From Eledone cirrhosa (taxonomy: Eukaryota), in assembly GCA_964016885.1 (NCBI GenBank), contig OZ024740.1:47492001-47556000 (forward strand): a stretch of DNA of 64,000 nt, given 5' to 3'. The notes under the pieces were generated by a model. It did not search any database and had not been told where the DNA came from. It saw only the letters and a list, made by a program, of their open reading frames with translations. Both the position numbers and the translations under genes were made by a program. Positions 41,424-54,540 of this stretch are shown here, in pieces. Positions within the stretch are counted from its first letter, which is position 1, and the number at the start of each line of letters is the position of its first letter.

Positions 41424-41462
41424 TTGCTGGTAAAATGTTCATTGGTGCAGGAGGTGCTACCA
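41424..41462 (-). CDS. Micro-exon type B 39 nt xVAPPAPMNILPA
   Basis: TTCTAG / GTAAGT, phase 1-1. Confidence 0.85.
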
Positions 41463-42904
41463 CTAGAAACAAACGAAAAATATCAAACTGAAGTATGTTT
41501 TAAATACTATAGAAGCGTAAAGAGAATTCCTGACAAGGATCAAATCAGTTTCTCTTGGAATAGTTACATCTGTTTTATTAGTATTTAGCTCGAACATCTG
41601 TAGCCACATATATGCAGTAAAAGGGGAGACGTTATTTTATAGGTTAATAGTTTACTTTCTCTTCCGGGCGATCCTGTTCATAAAGAGATCTCATCAGAAC
41701 ACATGTAAATGCATTTTGCCTCATTATCTCCTTTTATTACCGTTTAGCAGTTTGAAAGCTGAAGTAACAATAATTGGTTTGGCTGAAAATGTACCTCAAT
41801 GTCGCATGTGTAAAAAGATGGTGTTTCATCAAGTTTTTATCAATGCTGGGCAGTTCGCTTTTCTTTAATTCAATGACAATGTTTGCTCTCTGCCGCTTGT
41901 GTACTTTAATTTATAGTTTGGCTAAAGTCTCCCATACCCTATTCTCATTCTGTAAAGTTAACATCATTGTCGATGTATATATGTTGAATTTAAGTGCTGA
42001 GGTTGTATTTTACGTATAGCATGATATAGATTATTACTTATTGGCGCGGTGAAGATGCCCCTCTAAATATCACGGGTTTACAGGAGATTACGTCAAGTGA
42101 AGATATTATCAATGTTGTGCAGTTCAATTTTGACTATTTGATGGTTACATTGGCAATCTTCCAGCTGGAAATTTCTTGTCTATTTTGGTCTCATTCATAA
42201 CGTAACAAAGGAAAGTTTGTTTTCGCTATGGTCTCACATGCCATATTTACCACTCCGTAAAATTGATATCACTATCGAAGTATAAACTTTGTATTTAATA
42301 CGTAATGACACGTTAGTATTATTTAGATGATGTTGGGGACTTTTTCCAAAGCAAGTATTTGCTGCCGCATTTCTGTTCTAAGTATTTTCCCTGTGTAAAA
42401 AAATTAAATAATGATTATTGTTGCAACATTAAGTACACTGTATCATTTTATGACGTTCTGTATTGGACATGTCCTGATCTATTCTCCGTGTAGATTCGTT
42501 GTTTACTTCAATAAGTATTTCTTTCTCCTTTGAGTTATTTTGAAAGGTGTGTATACTTATAATTAGGAGATTGAGTAAGTTCTCAAATTCCCGTAATTTG
42601 AGTTATGAGACAAATAACAAAATGAAAATTGAAACATAAAATATTTTAGCATGGTTTAGTTAAACTATAAACAGGTGTACCTTTTTAAGTGACCAAATAT
42701 AGATAATATCAACTACATCTTTGTCATTGACTGAAGTGGAATCTATTGTTTATCAACATAAACAGCATAAATAATGTGTTTGGATGCTATCTCTTATTAT
42801 ATCATTTATAACTTGGGTGTTTTCGGAATATGCGTCTTCAATAGAATTCTCTTTTAAGCCATAAATGACATATTGTACAAAATAATTTTGTAATATCTAC
42901 TTAC

Positions 42905-42943
42905 GTCCTGGTGGAGGAATTGCTGTAAATGTATTAGTGGGCA
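42905..42943 (-). CDS. Micro-exon type A 39 nt xPTNTFTAIPPPG
   Basis: TTCTAG / GTAAGT, phase 1-1. Confidence 0.85.
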
Positions 42944-43661
42944 CTAGAATCAGTAGAAGAAAATATGATGCTGCAAAACGTAATATCAGAGTCTAACAAC
43001 TTACCTCTACAAAGAAACCCATCTCAAGAGACAAATCTCTCCAGATTATGCGTCGAACAGTAGTTTGTTTCATTTTCTGTTTAAATCTAACTCAAGATCA
43101 TACTTATTACCGTCTTTCATTATCGAAATGAGTCAACAATAATTGGCATGGCTGAAGATACGTTTCAATATTGCTGAATAACGTGGTTTTCTAAAGATAT
43201 CGTCAATGCAATACAATATCTCTAGAACAATAGCAATATTTTGCATTTAACAACCAGGATAAACTCCTGCTTGTTCTCACCGGATTCGTCATGTAGCCAT
43301 GTAAATTTATTTTTCATTTTTTATGCTGTTAATATAAATAGGATATCTATTTCTAATTAAGACATCAAATGAACCCTGCATTTTCTCCTTGCTGTATGTG
43401 GCGAGACAAATGACATAATAGGAAATAAATTCTTGAAAACATAATTGGAGATAGTTTAGTCAAACTATAAACAGATCTTTGTTTATTAATATGACCAAAT
43501 ATAGATAATACCAGCCACATCGTTTCCATTTACTGGTGTGGGATTTGTTATTACACCATTTCTAACTAGGTTGTGGTCAACATCTGCACCTACAATCAGA
43601 TGATAACATTTTACATATTAGATGAAAGATATTACCAAATAATTTTATAATTTTCACTTAC

Positions 43662-43703
43662 CACCTGGTGGTGCAATGGTGTATGTTACAGGAGGGGATA
43701 TCA
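43662..43703 (-). CDS. Micro-exon type B 42 nt xISPPVTYTIAPPG
   Basis: TTCTAG / GTAAGT, phase 1-1. Confidence 0.85.
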
Positions 43704-45153
43704 CTAGAAACAAAAGAAAAATATCAAACTGAAGTATGTTTTAAATACTGTAGAAGCGCAAAGAGAATTCCTGACAAGGATCAAATCAGTTTCTCTTAGG
43801 AATAGTTACATCTGTTTTATTAGTATTTGACTCGAACATCTGTAGCCACATATATGCAGTAAAAGGGGAGACGTTATTTTATAGGTTAATAGTTTACTTT
43901 CTCTTCCGGGCGACCCTGTTCATAAAGAGATCTCATCAGAACACATGTAAATGCATTTTGCCTCATTGTCTCCTTTTATTACCGTTTAGCAGTTTGAAAG
44001 CTGAAGTAACAATAATTGGTTTGGCTGAAAATGTACCTCAATGTCGCATGTGTAAAAAGATGGTGTTTCATCAAGTTTTTATCAATGCTGGGCAGTTCGC
44101 TTTTCTTTAATTCAATGACAATGTTTGCTCTTTGCCGCTTGTGTACTTTAATTTATAGTTTGGCTAAAGTCTCCCATACCCTATTCTCATTCTGTAAAAT
44201 TAACATCATTGTCGATGTATATATTTTGAATTTAAGTGCTGAGGTTGTATTTTACGTATAGCATGATATAGCTTATTACTTATTGGCGCGGTGAAGATGC
44301 CCCTCTAAATATCACGGATTTACAGGAAATTACGTCAAGTGAAGATATTATCAATGTTGTGCAGTTCAATTTTGACTATTTGATGGTTACATTGGCAATC
44401 GTCCAGCTGGAAATTTCTTGTCTATTTTGGTCTCATTCATAACGTAACAAAGGAAAGTTTGTTTTCGCTATGGTCTCACATGCCATATTTACCACTCCGT
44501 AAAATTGATATCACTATCGAAGTATAAACTTTGTATTTAATACGTAATGACACGTTAGTATTATTTAGATGATGTTGGGGACTTCTTCCAAAGCAAGTAT
44601 TTGCTGCCGCATTTCTGTTCTAAGTATTTTCCCTGTGTAAAAAAATTAAATAATGATTATTGTTGCAACATTAAGTACACTGTATCATTTTATGACGTTC
44701 TGTATTTGACGTGTCCTGATCTATTCTCCGTGTAGATTCGTTGTTTATTTCAATAAGTATTTCTTTTTCATTTGAGTTATTTTGAAAGGTGTGTATACTT
44801 ATAATTAGGAGATTGAGTAAGTCCTCAAATTCCCGTAATTTGAGTTATGAGACAAATAACAAAATGAAAATTGAAACATAAAATATTCTAGATTGGACCA
44901 TGGTTTAGTTAAACTATAAACAGGTGAGTATTTATAAGTGACCAAATATAGATAATATCAACCACATCTTTGTCATTGACTGAAGTGGAATCTATTGTTT
45001 ATCAATATAAACAGCATAAATAATGTGTTTGGATGCTATCTCTTATTATATCATTTATAACTTGGGTGTTTTCGGAATATGCGTCTTCAATAGAATTCTC
45101 TTTTAAGCCATAAATGACATATTGTACCAAATAATTTTGTAATATTTACTTAC

Positions 45154-45191
45154 GTCCTGGTGGAGTAATTCTGTAAATGTATTAGTGCGCA
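45154..45191 (-). pseudogene. Micro-exon type A, 38 nt (1-nt deletion or sequence error)
   Basis: Splice sites intact; lacks one base relative to the three 39-nt paralogs. Confidence 0.65.
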
Positions 45192-45909
45192 CTAGAATCA
45201 ATAGAAGAAAATATGATGCTGCAAAACGTAATATCAGAGTCTAACAACTTACCTCTTCAAAGAAACCCATCTCAAGAGACAAATCTCTCCAGATTATGCG
45301 TCGAAACAGTAGTTTGTTTCATTTTCTGTTAAATCTAACTCAAGATCATACTTATTACCGTCTTTCCATATCGAAATGACTCAACAATAATTGGCATGGC
45401 TGAAAATACGTTTCAATGTTGCTGAATTAAGTGGTTTGCTAAAGATATCGTCAATGCAATACAATATCTCTAGAACAATAGCAATATTTTGCATTTAACC
45501 ACCAGCATAAACTCATGCCTGTTCTCACCGGATTCGTCATGTAAACATGGAAATTTATTTTGCAATTTTTATGCTGTTAATATAAATAGGATATCTATTT
45601 CTAATTAAGACATCGAATGAACCCTGCATTTTCTCCTTGCTGTATGTGGCGACACAAATGACATAATAGGAAATAAATTATTGAAAACATAATTGGAGAT
45701 AGTTTAGTTAAACTATAAACAGATGTTTGTTTATTGATATGCCCAAATATAGATAATACCAGCCACATCGTTGCCATTGACTGGTGTGGGATTTGTTATT
45801 ACACCATTTCTAACTAGGTTGTGGTCAACATCTGCACCTACAATCAGATGATAACATTTTACATATTAGATGAAAGATATTACCAAATAATTTTATAATT
45901 TTCACTTAC

Positions 45910-45954
45910 ATCCTGGTGGTGGTGCAATGGTGTATGTTACAGGAGGGGATATCA
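45910..45954 (-). CDS. Micro-exon type B 45 nt xISPPVTYTIAPPPG
   Basis: TTCTAG / GTAAGT, phase 1-1. Confidence 0.85.
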
Positions 45955-47396
45955 CTAGAAACAAAAGAAAAATATCAAACTGAAGTATGTTTTAAATACT
46001 GTAGAAGCGCAAAGAGAATTCCTGACAAGGATCAAATCAGTTTCTCTTGGAATAGTTACATCTGTTTTATTAGTTTTTAGCTCGAACATCTGTAGCCACA
46101 TATATGCAGTAACAGGGGAGACGTTATTTTATAGGTTAATAGTTTACTTTCTCTTCCGGGCGACCCTGTTCATAAAGAGATCTCATCAGAACACATGTAA
46201 ATGCATTTTGCCTCATTGTCTCCTTTTATTACCGTTTAGCAGTTTGAAAGCTGAAGTAACAATAATTGGTTTGGCTGAAAATGTACCTCAATGTCGCATG
46301 TGTAAAAAGATGGTGTTTCATCAAGTTTTTATCAATGCTGGGCAGTTCGCTTTTCTTTAATTCAATGACAATGTTTGCTCTCTGCCGCTTGTGTACTTTA
46401 ATTTATAGTTTGGCTAAGGTCTCTCATACCCTATTCTCATTCTGTAAAATTAACATCCTTGTCGATGTATATATTTTGAATTTAAGTGCTGAGGTTCTAT
46501 TTTACGTATAGCATGATATAGATTATTACTTATTGGCGCGGTGAAGATGCCTCTCTAAATATCACGGGTTTACAGGAGATTACGTCAAGTGAAGATATTA
46601 TCAATGTTGTGCAGTTCAATTTTAACTATTTTATGGTTACATTGGCAATCTTCCAGCAGGAAATTTCTTGTCTATTTTGGTCTCATTCATAACGTAACAA
46701 AGGAAAGTTTGTTTTCGCTATGGTCTCACATGCCATATTTACCACTCCGTAAAATTGATATCACTATCGAAGTATAAACTTTGTATTTAATACGTAATGA
46801 CACGTTAGTATTATTTAGATGATGTTGGGGGCTTCTTCCAAAGCAAGTATTTGCTGCCGCATTTCTGTTCTAAGTATTTTCCCTGTGTAAAAAAATTAAA
46901 TAATGATTATTGTTGCAACATTAAGTACACTGTATCATTTTATGACGTTCTGTATTGGACATGTCCTGATCTATTCTCCGTGTAGATTCGTTGTTTACTT
47001 CAATAAGTCTTTCTTTCTCATTTGAGTTATTTTGAAAGGTGTGTATACTTATAATTAGGAGATTGAGTAAGTCCTAAAATTCCCGTAATTTGAGTTATGA
47101 GACAAATAACAAAATGAAAATTGAAACATAAAATATTTTAGCATGGTTTAGTTAAACTATAAACAGGTGTACCTTTTTAAGTGACCACATATAGATAATA
47201 TCAACTACATCTTTGTCATTGACTGAAGTGGAATCTATTGTTTATCAACATAAACAGCATAAATAATGTGTTTGGATGTTATCTCTTATTATACCATTTA
47301 TAACTTGGGTGTTTTCGGAATATGCGTCTTCAATAGAATTCTCTTTTAAGCCATAAATGACATATTGTACAAAATAATTTTGTAATATCTACTTAC

Positions 47397-47435
47397 GTCC
47401 TGGTGGAGGAATTGCTGTAAATGTATTAGTGGGAA
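47397..47435 (-). CDS. Micro-exon type A 39 nt xPTNTFTAIPPPG
   Basis: TTCTAG / GTAAGT, phase 1-1. Confidence 0.85.
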
Positions 47436-48154
47436 CTAGAATCAGTAGAAGAAAATATGATGCTGCAAAACGTAATATCAGAGTCTAACAACTTACCTCT
47501 ACAAAGAAACCCATCTCAAGAGACAAATCTCTCCAGATTATGCGTCGAAACAGTAGTTTGTTTCATTTTCTGTTTAAATCTAACTCAAGGTCATACTTAT
47601 TACCGTCTTTCCATATCGAAATGAGTCAACAATAATTGACATGGCTGAAGATACGTTTCAATATTGCTGAATTAAGTGGTTTGCTAAAGATATCGTCAAT
47701 GCAATACAATATCTCTAGAACAATAGCAATATTTTGCATTTAACCACCAGCATAAACTCATGCCTGTTCTCACCTGATTCGTCATGTAACCATGCAAATT
47801 TATTTTGCATTTTTTATGCTGTTAATATAAACAGGATATCTATTTCTAATTAAGACATCGAATGAACCCTATATTTTCTCCTTGTTGTATGTGGCGACAC
47901 AAATGACATAAAAGGAAATAAATTATTGAAAACATAATTGGAGATAGTTTAGTTATACTATAAACAGATCTTTGTTTATTAATATGCCCAAATATAGATA
48001 ATACCAGCCACATCGTTTCCATTGACTGGTGTGGGATTTGTTATTACACCATTTCTAACTAGGTTGTGGTCAACATCTGCACCTACAATCAGATGATAAC
48101 ATTTTACATATTAGATGAAACATATTACCAAATAATTTTATAATTTTCACTTAC

Positions 48155-48190
48155 TTGGTATATTGGCGTGTGGTACAGGAGGGACTACAA
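48155..48190 (-). CDS. Micro-exon type B 36 nt xVVPPVPHANIP
   Basis: TTCTAG / GTAAGT, phase 1-1. Confidence 0.85.
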
Positions 48191-49106
48191 CTAGAAACAA
48201 AAGAAAAATATCAAACTGAAGTATGTTTTAAATACTGTAGAAGCGTAAAGAGAATTCCTGACAAGGATCAAATCAGTTTCTCTTGCATAGTTACATCTGT
48301 TTTATTAGTATTTAGCTCGAACATCTGTAGTCACATATATGCAGTAAAAGGGGAGACGTTATTTTATAGGTTAATAGTTTACTTTCTCTTCCGGGCGACC
48401 CTGTTCTTAAAGAGATCTCATCAGAACACATGTAAATGCATTTGGTTTGGCTGAAAATGTACCTCAATGTCGCATGTGTAAAAAGATGGTGTTTCATCAA
48501 GTTTTTATCAATGCTGGGCAGTTCGCTTTTCTTTAATTCAATGACAATGTTTGCTCTCTGCCGCTTGTGTACTTTAATTTATAGTTTGACTAAAGTCTCC
48601 CATACCCTATTCTCATTCTGTAAAGTTAACATCATTGTCGATGTATATATTTTGAATTTAAGTGCTGAGGTTCTATTTTACGTATAGCATGATATAGCTT
48701 ATTACTTATTGGCGCGGTGAAGATGCCCCTCTAAATATCACGGGTTTACAGGAAATTACGTCAAGTAAAGATATTATCAATGTTGTGCAGTTCAATTTTG
48801 ACTATTTTATGGTTACATTGGCAATCTTCCAGCAGGAAATTTCTTGTCTATTTTGGTCTCATTCATAACGTAACAAAGGAAAGTTTGTTTTCGCTATGGT
48901 CTCACATGCCATATTTACCACTCCGTAAAATTGATATGACCAAATATAGATAATACCAGCCACATCGTTGCCATTGACTGGTGTGGGATTTGTTATTACA
49001 CCATTTCTAACTAGGTTGTGGTCAACATCTGCACCTACAATCAGATCATAACATTTTACATATTAGTTGAAACATATTACCAAATAATTTTATAATTTTC
49101 ACTTAC

Positions 49107-49142
49107 TTGGTATATTGGTGTGTGATTCAGGAGGAGCTACCA
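49107..49142 (-). CDS. Micro-exon type B 36 nt xVAPPESHTNIP
   Basis: TTCTAG / GTAAGT, phase 1-1. Confidence 0.85.
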
Positions 49143-49778
49143 CTAGAAACAAAAAAAAATATCAAACTGAAGTATGTTTTAAATACTGTAGAAGCGCGCA
49201 AAGAGAATTCCTGACAAGGATCAAATCAGTTTCTCTTGGAATAGTTACATCTGTTTTATTAGTATTTAGCTCGAACATCTGTAGCCACATATATGCAGTA
49301 AAAGGGGAGACGTTATTTTATAGGTTAATAGTTTACTTTCTCTTCCGGGCGACCCTGTTCTTAAAGAGATCTCATCAGAACACATGTAAATGCATTTTGC
49401 CTCATTGTCTCCTTTTATTACCGTTCAGCAGTTTGAAAGCTGAAGTAACAATAATTGGTTTGGCTGAAAATGTACCTCAATGTCGCATGTGTAAAAAGAT
49501 GGTGTTTCATCAAGTTTTTATCAATGCTGGGCAGTTCGCTTTTCTTTAATTCAATGACAATGTTTGCTCTCTGCCGCTTGTGTACTTTAATTCATAGTTT
49601 GACTAAAGTCTCCCATACCCTATTCTCATTCTGTAAAATTAACATCATTGTCGATGTATATATTTTGAATTTAATATGTAATGACGTGTTACGTTCTTGA
49701 ATATTTCTTAAGGGTAAATTTGATATTACATTTTAATTTTGTAGTATATAAATATGTGATATTGTAATATTTACTTAC

Positions 49779-49817
49779 GTCCTGTTGCGTGGAAGGGGGT
49801 TATTAGGGAAGTTGGCA
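49779..49817 (-). CDS. Micro-exon 39 nt xPTSLITPFHATG
   Basis: TTTAG / GTAAGT, phase 1-1. Confidence 0.85.
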
Positions 49818-51045
49818 CTAAAGGCAAGAGAATAAACTATCAAACTGGGGTATTTTTGGAATATAACAATATCTTTTCTACAAATCTAAGAAAAATTGCA
49901 GAAATAATGACAATTTCAGGTTCTCTCAACCTAGTTACATCTGTTTGTTCGCTATTTAGCTTCAATATCTGGGGGATTTTTTGCTAGGTAATTTGAACAT
50001 TTGTAGGTACATATATATATAGTAAAACTTGAGACGTAATTTCAGAAGCTAAGAGTTTAGTATCCCTTCAAGGTGAGCTTGTTCACTGATAGATGTCTTT
50101 GAATTACGTGCCGAGATAGCATTTTGCTTCATTCGATACATGTAAAGAAAGATATCCCTTATTACTTAAGAAGCTTATTCAACAAGAATTGGTCTCAGTT
50201 AAGATGTGTCTCTCAATTCTTTAGATCTAAATGAAATTACATCCAGTCAAGATATTATCAATGCTACACAGTTCGATCTCTCGAGCCAACAAAATTTCAT
50301 GACTGTTCTGGTTTAATTCATAATGTAACAATAGAGGTTTATCTTTTCGATATGGTCTCTCGCGTATGACGTGAGAGGCCATACCGAAAAATTGGTATCA
50401 CTGTTGAAGTGTAAACTTTGCATTTAATATATAGAGCAATATCAGTATTTTTTAAATGATGTTGGGAGCTTCTTCCAAAGCAAGTATTTGCTGCCGTAAA
50501 GTATTCTCCCTTGGTAAAGTATAAGTAATGATTATTGTTGCAACATTAAGTACACTGTATCATTTTATGACGTTCTGTATTGGACATGTCCTGATCTTTT
50601 CTCTGTGTAGATTCGTGGTTTATTTCAATAAGTATTTCTTTCTCCTTTGAGTTATTTTGAAAGGTGTGTATACTTATAATTAGGAGATTGAGTAAGTTCT
50701 CATATTCCCGTAATTCGAGTTGTGAGACAAAATGCATCATAAAACAGAAGTTCTTGAAACACATAAAATATTTTAGGTTGTAGCATAGTTTAGTTAAACT
50801 CGAAACATGTCAACATGTTTACGTGACCAAATACAGATAACATCAACTACATCTTTGCCATTGACTGGGGTAAAATCTGTTGTTTACCAACGTAATCAGG
50901 ATGAATTGTGTGTGTTTTAACATTATTTATTACTACACTATTTCTAACTAAGTAGTGGTCAGAATCGGCGCCTTCAATCAGGTTCTCATCACATTTTACA
51001 CAATATATGAAATATATTAACAAATAATTTTGTAATTTTACTTCC

Positions 51046-51080
51046 CTGTGCATGGACAGGCGTTTGTTAAGGAGGTAATA
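51046..51080 (-). pseudogene. Dead micro-exon (both splice sites lost)
   Basis: Sits at the homologous position between conserved intron flanks; donor GGAAGT, no AG, in-frame TAA. Confidence 0.5.
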
Positions 51081-51566
51081 CAAGGAGTGAGAGAGGGAAA
51101 TGTCAAACTGAAATATCGTTTGAAGATAACAGAAAAGCGTAATTATTGTCCTACAGTTCAGAGGAGTATTGCAATAATGATGATCATTTTAATTTCATAC
51201 AGATTAGTCACATACATTTTTTGCTGCTTAGTTTGAATATGTGTAGCCACGTATAAGAATGGAGGCGTAATTCCAGAGGTCAGCAAACTGCTGACCTCTG
51301 GAATTACGCCTCCATTCTTACGCCTTCATTTATTACTATCCTTCTGACTATTGTCTCTTAATAGACTTTTTGTGTTGATCAATTGTGTATTCTTATTGAT
51401 GTTAATTAGAGATAGAGAAATTTTAAAATCAGTATGTTCTCTTTATGGTGAATGATTAGAACTTTGACATTCGAAAAGAAAATTTTCTGAAGAATGTATT
51501 GACTTTTGTCATTTTTTACTTTATATATGAAATCTATTAACAAATAATTTTGTAATGTTTACTTAT

Positions 51567-51605
51567 GTCCTGGTGCACCGAGTGAGGTTAATAGAGGAGG
51601 TGACA
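51567..51605 (-). pseudogene. Micro-exon 39 nt xSPPLLTSLGAPG with ATAAGT donor
   Basis: Open frame, intact acceptor, GT->AT at donor. Confidence 0.65.
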
Positions 51606-51984
51606 CTAGAAGCAAAAGAAGAAAATATCAAACTGAAATATGTTTAGAAGACAACAACAAAGCTTGATTTTTCCAATGGCATTCTGGAGCTGTATTTTGT
51701 ATCATTTTCTTTATTTATCAGTTAGGAAGCTATGTCAGTATTATTTATCTGAGTGAAGATGAGCCTCAATGTTGAATGCTTAAAAGAGATTAGTTAGTCA
51801 ACGCTAAACATTTCGATTTTCATTAAGACTGGTGATATTTTCATTCTATTACCAAAATAATTTCATATATATTCTGACTTCATTCATCATGTAACCATGG
51901 TGATATAATGTTGTCCACTCTGCAAAATTGTCATCATTATTGAACATCATTATATTACCAAATATTCTTGTGGTTTTTACTTAC

Positions 51985-52022
51985 TGCCTGTTGGGCGAAT
52001 GAGGTTTGATCTAGAAGATGCG
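51985..52022 (-). pseudogene. Micro-exon 38 nt (ASSRSNLIRPTG), 1 nt short
   Basis: TTCTAG / GTAAGT intact; length not a multiple of 3. Confidence 0.6.
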
Positions 52023-52995
52023 CTAGAAGCAACAGAAGAAAACATCAAATTGAAATATTTTTTAAAGACAACATCAAAGCGATTATTATTTTTCTACAAA
52101 CCAAAACATATTGTAGCAATGATGATCATTTCAATTTCTTTCAAACTCGGATTAAATGTTATTTAGTTTGAACTTTTCTTGGTTGGCGTATGCAGTAAAA
52201 TCGAAGACGTCATTCCAAAGGCTAACAGTTTCGTTTCTCTTCAAGACCTTCATGTTCGTAGTCATATGTCGCCAATGACGTGTTCTTGCATATTTTGTTT
52301 CGTTGTCTTTTTAAACATAAAGCAATGTCTGCCTTATTGTTGTTTGTCTGTTTCTCTGTTAGGAAGCTGACTCAGCAACAATTAACGTAGTTAAAGATGT
52401 GCCTAAATATTTTTGAAAAGCAACAAAAAGTGTCAAATATGTTTTTCGATAAGCCAACGGGCTATTGCAGCAACGGTGATCATCTCAGATTCTCCAGATT
52501 AATCCCATTGAAAATATTGCTTTGTAGTTTGAATATTTGTCGCCACATATATACAGTAAGTTGTGATTCCTGGGGTTATTAGTTTAGGATCTTTTCAAGG
52601 CAACCCTTTCCATATATAAAACAAAGTCTAAAATCGGTTAGGAGAGATAATTTGTTTTCTCTCCATTACTAACATAAATTCAGGTCTTTTTGATTAAAAG
52701 AGGTTCCATTCGGTCATGCGAGATAATTTCTGTTTTCTCTCCACTACTAACATAAATTCAGATCTGTTTTGATTCACCATGTAGATATAATATTGTTCAT
52801 TCTGTAAACTTAACTTCATTATTGAAATATAATAGTTTAATTTAATATTGCATTATTTAGAAGACGTTGTTGAATAATTCTTAGTGATAAATAGATGGGA
52901 ACTTTCTATGTGCAAAGCCCATAGTCATTCGTGATAGGGGGAGGGAGGAGTTACCCACATTTTACTTGATAAATGATTTTATAATTTGTACTTAC

Positions 52996-53033
52996 TTCCT
53001 GTTGGATAGATAAGGTTAATTGAGAAGATGCTA
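52996..53033 (-). pseudogene. Micro-exon 38 nt (ASSQ/NLIYPTG), 1 nt short
   Basis: AAG / GTAAGT; paralog of 51985-52022 with a different single-base gap. Confidence 0.55.
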
Positions 53034-54043
53034 CTTGAAGCATAAGGAGAAAATATCAGTGAAATATGTTTTAAGACCACAGCTAAGCATAAATTATTTT
53101 CCTTATAAATCTAAGGAGCATTACAGGGATCATGACCCCCACAGACCTGTTACATTAGGTCAGAGGCTATCTACTTTGAATGTATGTAGCCACATAAATA
53201 GAGTAAAAGTGGAGACATAATTCCAAAGGCTAATAAATAATTTTTCCCGCACCATGTGCTAAGGCTGTAGTCTGCTTAATTATTGATTTGAATGTAAATT
53301 AAGATCTCTCCAGTTATAGTGTGCCAAACAACAACAACTTTCAAGTCAATGTAAATGATAAGCAATTCGCATTTCTATAAAACAAAGATCATATGGACAC
53401 TCTCCATCTAGGATAATTTCATGCATGATCTAATCTGATTCATCAAGTACCCATGCAAATGTGTTTCCCGCCCGCAACTTTCCCTTCCGTAAAAGTGACA
53501 TCATTATTGATGTGTACTGTGTCATTTAAAATATATTGGTGTAAAAGATAGATTTACTGCCGAATTTCTTTTATATGTACTTTCAATTTATAGAGCATAA
53601 ATGATAATAGTGTTACGAAAATATATAAACTTTCATTCTATGATGTTACGGAACAGACATCGTGTGGATTCTTGCTTTGTCGATGACTATTTCAGTATTC
53701 TACCCGGTGTGGATAGTGTATTTACTTGCAATTAATACATTGTATATTTCTATGAAAAGTACTTTAATATTTTTAGTCGACTCACGGTGTTGTTATACGA
53801 TGAACAAATTTATATTTTGACATTTTGGTGAGACCGAATGCAGATAATATCAGCCACATCTTTCGCATGTGAAGGAATTTCTTCTTTACAAAAATAAACA
53901 ACATAAATTGTGCATCTTAGAACAAAATCTGTTGTTACACCCTTTCTAACTGTAAAATGATTAGTTTGCGTCTTCTATTAAATTTCCATATTGTATTTTA
54001 TATATAAAAGATATTACTAAATAATTTTGTAAATTTTACTTAC

Positions 54044-54073
54044 ATCTTGGTCTGCCTAATTTTCTAGATACCA
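54044..54073 (-). CDS. Micro-exon 30 nt xVSRKLGRPR
   Basis: TTCTAG / GTAAGT, phase 1-1. Confidence 0.8.
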
Positions 54074-54326
54074 CTAGAATCAAGAGAGAAAATATCAAAC
54101 AGAAATACTTTTGAAAAGCAGCATAAGTGTCAAATATGTTTTTCGATAAGCCAACGGCTATTGCAGCAACGGTGATCATTTCAGATTCTCCAGATTAATC
54201 CCATTGAAAATATTGCTTTATAATTTGAACATTTGTCGCTACATATATACAGTAAGTTTTAATTCATGGGGTTATTAGTTTAGTATCTGCTCAAGGCAGC
54301 CGTTTCCATAGATAAAACAAAGTCTA

Positions 54327-54540
54327 GTGCTTATTCCGGTTTCCGTGGCATGAAGCGACTGTGAGTACAAGATTCCGCCCTGAACAGGACAGGCTTAAGC
54401 ACTCATTTTCAATTGAGTATACTGAGCCACGTGAAATGAATGTTTTACTCAAGAACACAACACACAACCCAGTCCAGGAATCGAACCCACGATATCATGA
54501 TCGTAAATCCAACACCCTTACCACTAGGCCACGCGCCTCC
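54327..54540 (-). mobile_element. tRNA-SINE (family 2)
   Basis: Reverse complement GGCGCGTGGCCTAGTGGTAAGG..GGTTCGATTCC head; homologous to 32323-32609. Confidence 0.85.

Larger units (their letters stand above)
39545..49672. repeat. Tandem array of ~2.25-kb units, each with two micro-exons
   Basis: Homologous positions 41774, 44016, 46266, ~48442, 49455; last unit internally deleted; diverged older units extend to ~35 kb and ~57.7 kb. Confidence 0.97.

Noticed and set aside
39545-49672. CRISPR-like 'constant repeat + variable 36-45-nt spacer' appearance
   Set aside because: Eukaryotic context, kb-long constant parts, and the variable parts have splice signals and related open frames
41774-49700. 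Repeated plus-strand 81-99-aa ORFs (MVWLKMYLNVAC...)
   Set aside because: Mostly non-ATG starts, no recognisable domain, and they lie in introns of the minus-strand array; they recur only because the DNA is repeated
54044-54073. AT-hook-like GRPR in a micro-exon
   Set aside because: Single imperfect motif (LGRPR) in an otherwise secreted-type low-complexity protein
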